A stretch of DNA of 64,000 nt. Origin: a bacterium. Lineage in GTDB: Bacteria; Omnitrophota; Gorgyraeia; Zapsychrales; Zapsychraceae. The position numbers and the translations under genes were made by a program. Below the pieces are notes generated by a model. That model searched no databases. It saw only the letters and a program-made list of their open reading frames with translations, and was not told where the DNA came from. Below are positions 57,323 to 64,000 of the stretch, piece by piece (within the stretch, counting starts at the first letter, position 1; every line of letters starts with the position of its first letter). Where the stretch lies: contig JAUIER010000003.1 of NCBI GenBank assembly GCA_030429765.1, forward strand, positions 16,402 to 80,401, written 5' to 3'.

Positions 57323-59326
57323 ATGGCTAAAGCAATTGTTATCGTAGAGTCTCCCACGAAGGTAAAGACCATCAATAAGATTTTAGGATCCAAATTCAAG
57401 GTTGTCTCATCTATGGGGCATCTAGTCGATTTACCTAAATCGACATTGGGTGTTGATATTGACAATGATTTTAAACCCAAACTGATCGTTGTCCGGTCGA
57501 AACAGAAGATGCTGACCAAGATCAAGAAAGACAGCAAGAGTGCTAAAGAAATTTATATCGCGACTGACCCGGATCGAGAGGGTGAGGCGATTGGATGGAA
57601 TCTCGTCGAGCATATCGGCGAGGGTAAAAAGGTTTATCGGGTGACGTTTCAGGAAATCACCAAGGACGCCGTGCTCAAGGCGTTTGACAATGTGCGTGAG
57701 TTTGACGCACAAAAAGTCGAGGCACAGATCGCGCGCCGGATTCTTGACCGGATTGTGGGTTACAAGATCAGTCCATTGTTGTGGAAGAAAGTGGGATCGC
57801 GTTTGAGTGCCGGACGCGTTCAATCCGTTGCGCTGCGGGTCATCGTTGAGCGTGAGCGCAGTATTCAGGCGTTCGTCCCCAAAGAATATTGGCATATCGC
57901 GGTGGATCTCAAGAAGAAGGAATACGATGATATCGTCGAGGCCACGCTTGAAAAGATCGATGACAAAAAGGCTGAACTCCATAATGAATCTGAAACCAAT
58001 GAAATCGTCAAGTATCTGGAGGGACAGGAGTACAAGGTCAGCAAGATCTCCAAACGGGAGGTGAAACGCAAACCGTCCCCGCCGCTGATCACCAGTACGA
58101 TGCAGCAGGAAGCGTTCAACAAACTGCGTTTTAATTCCAACCGGACGATGATGATCGCCCAGCAATTGTATGAAGGGATTGATTTGGGCAACGGCGAGAC
58201 CATCGGTTTGATTACCTACATGCGTACCGATTCGGTGAATCTCTCAGCCGAAGCGGTTGAAAAATGCCGGAACTTTATCAAAGAGAAATACGGTGATACG
58301 TACCTGCCGGACAAGCCGAATAAATATAAATCCAAAAAATCAGCCCAGGAGGCTCACGAGGCCATCCGACCTGGTGACGTCAAGCTCACGCCCGAAAGCA
58401 TCGCCAAGTATCTGGATAAGGATCAGTTCAAACTCTATCAATTGATCTACAACAAATTTATCAGTTGTCAGATGGTTCCGGCGGTGTATGAATACAAGAA
58501 GATGGAGATCGAAGCGGGCAAGTGTTCGTTCGGGGCATCCGGATCGACGCTGAAGTTCGACGGATATCTGACCGTGGACCGCGAAGCCAAAGAAGAAGAA
58601 AAGAAGATTGATTTTTCACACTTTGTCAAAAATGACGTGCTCGAAGCGATGGAGACCAAACCGACTCAGCATTTTACCAAACCGCCGCCGCGATTTTCGG
58701 ACGCGAGTCTGGTGAAGGCGCTGGAAGAGGACGGAATCGGCCGACCAAGTACTTATGCATCGATTATATCCACACTGGTTTTACGAAACTATATCGTTCG
58801 TGACCGGGGATATTTAACGCCGACCGAATTAGGCATGTTGATCTGCGATCTGCTCGTCGAGTATTTTTCCAAGGTCATGGATGTCGGGTTTACCGCGGAG
58901 ATGGAGGAGAAGCTTGACCTGATCGAAGAAGGTAAGTTGTCCTATCCGGATTTGCTGGCGAAGTTTTATGACAATTTTAAAGATGAACTCACATATGCCG
59001 AAGAGAACATTGTCAAAACCGAGAATTTTATCGACAGAGAATGTCCTGAATGCGGCAAGCAATTACAAATCAAGTGGGGCCGTCGTGGTAAGTTTATCAG
59101 TTGTTCAGGATTTCCGGACTGTAAGCATGCGGAGCCGTTCACACTCGGAGTTCCTTGTCCGGAAGAAGGCTGTGAGGGTGAATTGATCATGCGGCGTTCC
59201 CGACGGGGATCATTTTACGGATGTACCAATTATCCCAAGTGCACGTATGTCTCAAAAGAGCTGCCGGGGGAAGGCAAAGAAGAGGATTCAGATGAGTCAA
59301 AGGCGGACAAACCGTCCGCGTCATAG
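57323..59326 (+). CDS. topA: DNA topoisomerase I (with a C-terminal Zn-ribbon region)
   Basis: MAKAIVIVESPTKVKTINKILGSKFKVVSSMGHLVDLP ... TYMRTDS ... CPECGK...CSGFPDCKH. Confidence 0.95.
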   Translation: MAKAIVIVESPTKVKTINKILGSKFKVVSSMGHLVDLPKSTLGVDIDNDFKPKLIVVRSKQKMLTKIKKDSKSAKEIYIATDPDREGEAIGWNLVEHIGEGKKVYRVTFQEITKDAVLKAFDNVREFDAQKVEAQIARRILDRIVGYKISPLLWKKVGSRLSAGRVQSVALRVIVERERSIQAFVPKEYWHIAVDLKKKEYDDIVEATLEKIDDKKAELHNESETNEIVKYLEGQEYKVSKISKREVKRKPSPPLITSTMQQEAFNKLRFNSNRTMMIAQQLYEGIDLGNGETIGLITYMRTDSVNLSAEAVEKCRNFIKEKYGDTYLPDKPNKYKSKKSAQEAHEAIRPGDVKLTPESIAKYLDKDQFKLYQLIYNKFISCQMVPAVYEYKKMEIEAGKCSFGASGSTLKFDGYLTVDREAKEEEKKIDFSHFVKNDVLEAMETKPTQHFTKPPPRFSDASLVKALEEDGIGRPSTYASIISTLVLRNYIVRDRGYLTPTELGMLICDLLVEYFSKVMDVGFTAEMEEKLDLIEEGKLSYPDLLAKFYDNFKDELTYAEENIVKTENFIDRECPECGKQLQIKWGRRGKFISCSGFPDCKHAEPFTLGVPCPEEGCEGELIMRRSRRGSFYGCTNYPKCTYVSKELPGEGKEEDSDESKADKPSAS

Positions 59327-59357
59327 AGAGACGGCTTGGGTTCAGCGGTGACGGGAT

Positions 59358-60218
59358 ATGAATCGATATGTCGACAAGTTTATTTCGTACTTAACGACTG
59401 AAAAAAATTATTCGTCGCACACCATTGTCAATTATCGTCTTGATCTGGAGAATTTTTTGGATTATATCGGCAAGACACCGATCAAAAAAGTCGATTACCA
59501 GCTGTTGCGCCGATATCTCGCCCATTTGCGGACTCAAAATCTCAAGCCGCGTTCCCTTTCAAGAAAATTATCTTCACTGCGCAGCTTCTTTAAATATTTA
59601 TTTCGTGAAGGATATATAAAGGAAAGTCCGGCTGTACTGCTGATGTCTCCCAAACTGGATAAGCCGTTGCCGAAATTTTTAACGGAGTCAGAAATGACCG
59701 CTTTTATCGAAGCGCCCAAGGGGCGAGGAGAATACGCGAAACGGGATCGGGCGATTTTGGAAACGTTGTACTCAACCGGTATACGTGTCACCGAATTAAC
59801 AGGTCTGAATATGAGCGACGTCGATTTGATCGGAAACATCGCCAAGGTTTCGGGTAAGGGGAAGAAAGAACGCTTGGTGCCGATTGGTCGCAAGGCCACG
59901 GAGGCGATCAAGGACTATTTGGATTGCCGGGCGTCGACGCCGCAGGCTCTGTTTCTCAACAAGCACGGAACTCGCTTGTCAGACCGCTCGGTCCGCAATA
60001 TCACCACCAAATATATTCGGCGCACGAGCGTTAACCGGGAGATTTCACCGCATGTGTTGCGGCATTCATTTGCCACCCATTTACTCAATCGGGGAGCGGA
60101 CCTCCGTTCGGTGCAGGAGCTGTTGGGGCATGTTAACTTATCAACCACTCAAGTCTACACACATGTGACGACGGACAAGCTGAAAAAAGTTTATGATCAG
60201 GCCCATCCGCGGGCATAA
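59358..60218 (+). CDS. xerC: Tyrosine site-specific recombinase XerC/XerD
   Basis: RDRAILETLYSTGIRVTELTGL ... HVLRHSFATHLLNRGADLRSVQELLGHVNLSTTQVYTHV. Confidence 0.85.
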   Translation: MNRYVDKFISYLTTEKNYSSHTIVNYRLDLENFLDYIGKTPIKKVDYQLLRRYLAHLRTQNLKPRSLSRKLSSLRSFFKYLFREGYIKESPAVLLMSPKLDKPLPKFLTESEMTAFIEAPKGRGEYAKRDRAILETLYSTGIRVTELTGLNMSDVDLIGNIAKVSGKGKKERLVPIGRKATEAIKDYLDCRASTPQALFLNKHGTRLSDRSVRNITTKYIRRTSVNREISPHVLRHSFATHLLNRGADLRSVQELLGHVNLSTTQVYTHVTTDKLKKVYDQAHPRA

Positions 60219-60223
60219 TCAAT

Positions 60224-61486
60224 ATGAGCGTTCTTTTAAATATCGTCTACAGCATTGTATTTTTGTTCTACCTTCCAAATTTGTATTTGAAGGGCAAGCT
60301 GCACAGCGGTTACCGTATGCGGTTCGGATCGATTCCGGATGATATACGAAAGCGTTTGTCTGAGAGAACAAACATATGGATTCACGCGATCAGCGTGGGC
60401 GAAGTCATGGCCGTGCTGGATTTGATCGGCAAGATTCAGGAACGGTATCCGGATCGACAGATTGTCTGCTCGGTGGTGACCCAAACCGGATATGAGTTGG
60501 CCCGTGAAAAGCTCGGTGCAGATTCGATCGTAGTTTACGCGCCGATGGACTTCAGCTGGATTGTCAGGCATTTTATCAATGTGATCCAGCCGCAGATTTA
60601 TATTTATGCGGAGACCGAAATCTGGCCTAATCTGTTTGCCAGACTTCAGAAACGCAACGTTCCGATGATTCAGGTGAATGGACGTATCTCGGATAAGTCG
60701 TATGAAGGGTACCAACGCATCAAATTTTTGACACGCCGAGCGCTGAGCGATGTTCAATGTTTATGTATGCAGTCGCAACAGGATGCCGAACGGATCATCG
60801 ATCTCGGCGCGAACAGCGATCGTACGTTGACCGTTGGAAATCTGAAGTTTGACAACTTTCCTGAAACTGAAGATATCCGGCCCCAAGATTTGGGGTTTAG
60901 CTCTACGGACAAGCTGCTGATAGCCGGCAGCACGCATCCGGGCGAAGAAGAATTATTGGTGGATGTGTATCAACGCATTCGTCAACACGATGGTCATTGC
61001 CGGCTGGTGATTTGTCCACGCCATATTGAACGGGCGCAGCAGGTGCGGCAGGTTGTAGAAAAACTCGGACTGAGTGCGCAGATGTTCTCCGAACGGGACA
61101 AAGAGCCGTTGGCTGAAGGAGCGGTGTTGATCGTCGACACAATTGGTGTGTTGCGGCAAGTTTACAGTCTGGCCTGGTTGGTGGTGATCGGTAAGACTTT
61201 TCGTGTCGGTGGCGGACAGAATATGCTGGAGCCGGCGTTCTTCGGGAAGCCGGTTGTGGTCGGGCCCTTGACGTCGAATTTCCGTGATATCGTGGGGCTG
61301 CTCAAGTCCGAGAAGGCGATCGTTCAGGTGCAATCGGAGAGTGAACTTGTCGAGGAAGCGATGGATATTTGGAACAATGCCATCCGGCGTGAGTCATTGG
61401 GAATGGCGGCCCGTCGAGTGGTGCAGAAGTATCAGGGGGCGACCGCGCGTACGATGGATGAGATCGAGCGGCTGATGGCGCCATGA
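60224..61486 (+). CDS. waaA: 3-deoxy-D-manno-octulosonic acid (Kdo) transferase
   Basis: GYRMRFG ... IWIHAISVGEVMAVLDLIGKIQERYPDRQIVCSVVTQTG. Confidence 0.85.
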   Translation: MSVLLNIVYSIVFLFYLPNLYLKGKLHSGYRMRFGSIPDDIRKRLSERTNIWIHAISVGEVMAVLDLIGKIQERYPDRQIVCSVVTQTGYELAREKLGADSIVVYAPMDFSWIVRHFINVIQPQIYIYAETEIWPNLFARLQKRNVPMIQVNGRISDKSYEGYQRIKFLTRRALSDVQCLCMQSQQDAERIIDLGANSDRTLTVGNLKFDNFPETEDIRPQDLGFSSTDKLLIAGSTHPGEEELLVDVYQRIRQHDGHCRLVICPRHIERAQQVRQVVEKLGLSAQMFSERDKEPLAEGAVLIVDTIGVLRQVYSLAWLVVIGKTFRVGGGQNMLEPAFFGKPVVVGPLTSNFRDIVGLLKSEKAIVQVQSESELVEEAMDIWNNAIRRESLGMAARRVVQKYQGATARTMDEIERLMAP

Positions 61487-62541
61487 AAGAATATTTATAT
61501 GCGCTCGCTACGGATCAACGCAACGATTGGTTGGCGCAATGCGTCAAGGGCGTGATGTGGGTGCTTTCGTTGATGTATGGGGCGATTACGTGGAGTCGAA
61601 ACGCCCTTTATGATGTCGGCGTCTTAAAGGCATATTCAGCCGGTATTCCGGTGATCAGTGTCGGCAACATGACAATGGGAGGCGCGGGAAAATCGCCGCT
61701 GGTTGAATGTATCGTCCGACATATTATCAAGCAGGGACGTAAACCGGTCATCCTCATGCGCGGCTACATGCAGCGATCGGATGCGGTCATCAGTGATGAA
61801 CGGGAAGTCTTCGATGAGAAGTTTCCGCAAGTCGAGGTACTAGTCGGGGCGGACCGTAGATCAAATATTCAAAAGTTTCTTGCGGCCAACACATGTGACG
61901 TATTTGTGATGGATGACGGTTATCAGCATCGTCAAGTGCAACGCGACTTGAATATTGCGGTGGTGGATGCCACATGTCCTTTTGGTAATCGATCCCTGAT
62001 TCCCCGTGGAATTCTGCGGGAAGGGTTGGGAGCGCTGAAACGAGCCGATGTGATCGTGCTTTCGCGAGCGGATCTCGCCGGAGCACAAGCGGCCGCCGTC
62101 CGAGCTGAGGTGCAGTCGCGGAGCAAAGACGTCAAGATTTTAGAGGCCAGTCACCGTCCGTGCCACTTTGTGAACGTCGTGTCCGGCGAAACATATCCGC
62201 TGAATCATTTACAGGGAGCTCGCGCGATCGCCTTTTGCGGGATCGGAAATCCGTCCGCCTTCTTCAAGACGCTGGATCAGCTGAAGATTCAGATTGCACG
62301 GGCGGACACGTATATCGACCACTATGAGTACCGGCGAGAGGATATCGATCAACTATCGGGCCTGGCGACAGAACATCAGGTGGGGTGGGTCATCACGACC
62401 CAAAAGGATGCGGTCAAGCTCAAACAAATTGCTGAAGAAATTCCGGATGGTATTCATCTGGTTTATCTGGAAATCAACCTAGAGATTATCAATGGCCAAG
62501 AAGAGTTCATTGCTCGAATCGATCATTTATTACGGCGTTAA
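61483..62541 (+). CDS. lpxK: Tetraacyldisaccharide 4'-kinase
   Basis: PVISVGNMTMGGAGKSPLVECIV. A 4-nt overlap with waaA. Confidence 0.85.
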   Translation: MKEYLYALATDQRNDWLAQCVKGVMWVLSLMYGAITWSRNALYDVGVLKAYSAGIPVISVGNMTMGGAGKSPLVECIVRHIIKQGRKPVILMRGYMQRSDAVISDEREVFDEKFPQVEVLVGADRRSNIQKFLAANTCDVFVMDDGYQHRQVQRDLNIAVVDATCPFGNRSLIPRGILREGLGALKRADVIVLSRADLAGAQAAAVRAEVQSRSKDVKILEASHRPCHFVNVVSGETYPLNHLQGARAIAFCGIGNPSAFFKTLDQLKIQIARADTYIDHYEYRREDIDQLSGLATEHQVGWVITTQKDAVKLKQIAEEIPDGIHLVYLEINLEIINGQEEFIARIDHLLRR

Positions 62542-64000
62542 GGTTTCAGGGGCGGTTGCCCGGGCGCTACCCGTGGAGTTTGCCTTGTGGTGCGGCCGCC
62601 GCGTCGGTGATTTTGTCTATATGATCGACATCAAACACAAGGCGATGACTTATGCCAATTTAAATAAGGCCTTTGCCGGTGAAAAAAGTCCCGGGGAAAT
62701 ACGGCAGATCGCCAAAGACGTCTTCAGGAATATTGGACAGAACATCGTCGAGCTCTACAGACTTCCGTTAATTGATCGAAAACTCTACGACACATACATT
62801 GATTTTCAGGGACGCGATAACATTGATGCGGCCCTGGAAAAAGGCAACGGATGTATTCTATTGGCGATGCATTTCGGAAGTTGGGAAATGGCAAACCTGT
62901 CGTGCGCCATGTACGGATACCCGTATAAAGTGTTGGTCCGCAAACAGCCCAAGTTTTCCCGGCTTGATGATTTGCTCAACCAATACCGGACGTGTAACGG
63001 ATCAATCGTGATCGCCCGAGGAGCCGGCACACGCGATTTGGTGAAAAGCCTGAAGAATAATGAAGTCGTCGGCATGGTGGTGGACCAGGGGGGCCGGGGC
63101 GGAGAACTTGTTCCGTTCTTCGGGCGGAACGCCTCGATGTCTGTCGGGGCGATACGCATGGCGCTCAAGTTTGACGTGCCGATCTGTTTTTCGGTCATCG
63201 TTCGGCAGAAAGGCCCGTACCATAAGATCGTTGTCCACAAACCGTTTGAGCTCAAACGGACAGGCGATCCCGAACGCGACGTATCAGAAAATCTGAGCCA
63301 GTTGATTGCCACCATGGAACAGTACACCCGGAATCATCCGACGGAATATGTTTGGATGTACAAGGTCTGGAAATATTCAGATCAGGCCAATATTTTAATC
63401 CTCAGCGACGGAAAGACCGGTCATTTGCGTCAGTCGGAAAAGACCGCGCAATTGCTCGAACAGGCATTGGCGGAGCGTGATATCAAATGCCGGACGGAGA
63501 CGGTCAATATCAAGTACCGGAACGACTCCAAGAAAAGGGCATTTGGTGTGTTTTACAAATTGATGGGGTGGAGCCTGGCTTACGGCGGAGTTCATCGGGT
63601 GCAGCCTTATCTCACCGATGAGTGTTATCGGCAGATCACGTCGATTCGGCCGGACTATATTATATCGACCGGTTCGTCGGTGGCGAGTTTGAATCACCTG
63701 CTCTCAAAAGATCATCAGGCCAAGTCGATCTGCATTCTCAAGCCGGGATTGCTGAGTACCCGTTTGTTCAACCTGGTGTTGATGCCCAAGCATGATGTGG
63801 TCTCCGAGGACACCCTGTCCAAGAATATTACAGTAATCCGCGGAGCGCCGAATTTGATCACCAAGGAATATCTCAAGACGCAGACCGATCTGCTGCTTAA
63901 GCGTTACTCGCATTTGAAGGATAAGTTTCGCACCAAGATCGGAATCTTGATCGGCGGGGACGCGCGCAATCTGTATATTAGTGAAGAACAGATTAAAATG
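62492..64000 (+). CDS. lpxL: Lipid A biosynthesis acyltransferase (LpxL/HtrB family) with an extra C-terminal domain (possibly ELM1/DUF1022-like). 3'-partial. Overlaps the lpxK end by 50 nt
   Basis: ALPVEFALWCGRRVGDFVYMIDIKHKAMTYANLNKAFAGEKSPGEIRQIAKDVFRNIGQNIVELYRLP ... ILLAMHFGSWEM ... MVVDQGG are acyltransferase motifs. After ~aa 300 a second domain follows (ILILSDGKTGHLRQSEKTAQLLE...). No stop is reached before the window ends. Confidence 0.6.
   Translation, partial: MAKKSSLLESIIYYGVKVSGAVARALPVEFALWCGRRVGDFVYMIDIKHKAMTYANLNKAFAGEKSPGEIRQIAKDVFRNIGQNIVELYRLPLIDRKLYDTYIDFQGRDNIDAALEKGNGCILLAMHFGSWEMANLSCAMYGYPYKVLVRKQPKFSRLDDLLNQYRTCNGSIVIARGAGTRDLVKSLKNNEVVGMVVDQGGRGGELVPFFGRNASMSVGAIRMALKFDVPICFSVIVRQKGPYHKIVVHKPFELKRTGDPERDVSENLSQLIATMEQYTRNHPTEYVWMYKVWKYSDQANILILSDGKTGHLRQSEKTAQLLEQALAERDIKCRTETVNIKYRNDSKKRAFGVFYKLMGWSLAYGGVHRVQPYLTDECYRQITSIRPDYIISTGSSVASLNHLLSKDHQAKSICILKPGLLSTRLFNLVLMPKHDVVSEDTLSKNITVIRGAPNLITKEYLKTQTDLLLKRYSHLKDKFRTKIGILIGGDARNLYISEEQIKM

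Noticed and set aside
57431-58165. 244-aa minus-strand ORF inside topA, and similar ORFs inside waaA (60236..60757 -) and lpxL (62806..63327 -)
   Set aside because: These are antisense to strongly supported conserved genes and have no domain signatures.
1-64000. CRISPR arrays, IS elements, integrase-flanked islands
   Set aside because: No regular direct repeats with unique spacers were seen. No transposase or phage-like ORFs were found. The only recombinase is the housekeeping xerC/D, whose context is topA-dprA.

Overview
This is a 64 kb window from a Gram-negative bacterium; lipid A genes lpxB, lpxK, waaA, lpxL and msbA are all present. Coding is dense and almost entirely on the + strand, with only lpxB and an adjacent Gfo/Idh/MocA oxidoreductase on the - strand. 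No CRISPR array, IS element or prophage is visible. The first ~25.7 kb looks accessory and cell-envelope related. It holds a 5'-truncated outer-membrane beta-barrel-like protein whose C-terminal tail carries TPR-like units, then a 1419-aa secreted, highly charged protein built from at least 9 copies of the same TPR-like 'PGY' unit. After these come a YyaL/DUF255 thioredoxin-domain protein, an AsmA-family protein, and a PilZ-domain coiled-coil membrane protein. Next is a small YgjP/YggU/YqeY set, a polysaccharide deacetylase, and a 1092-aa six-hairpin glycosidase/phosphorylase-like protein. The block ends with a 2077-aa signal-peptide-bearing protein that combines two GNAT-like regions, two class-I methyltransferase-like regions and a protein-kinase-like region. 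This last gene is the best candidate here for an undescribed system. Positions 25.8-34.3 kb hold a complete Bat (aerotolerance)-like operon: MoxR, DUF58, DUF4381, BatA, BatB, BatC, BatD, BatE. BatC carries an unusual ~190-aa acidic D/Q/S/N low-complexity insert. It is followed by a DUF4288-like protein, a cysteine-rich secreted protein, and the lpxB / msbA divergent pair. From 39.4 kb onward everything is housekeeping. This includes rpsB-tsf-pyrH-frr, tRNA-Lys(TTT)/Leu(TAG)/Gly(GCC), ptsN-yvcK-ptsH-ptsI, a sugar nucleotidyltransferase, metK-ahcY, pfkA, ilvC, leuA, aroE, pilD, aroK, dprA, topA, xerC/D and waaA. It ends with lpxK and a 3'-truncated lpxL-like acyltransferase with an extra C-terminal domain. 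All calls come from reading the translated ORFs and the DNA by eye; no database searches were run.
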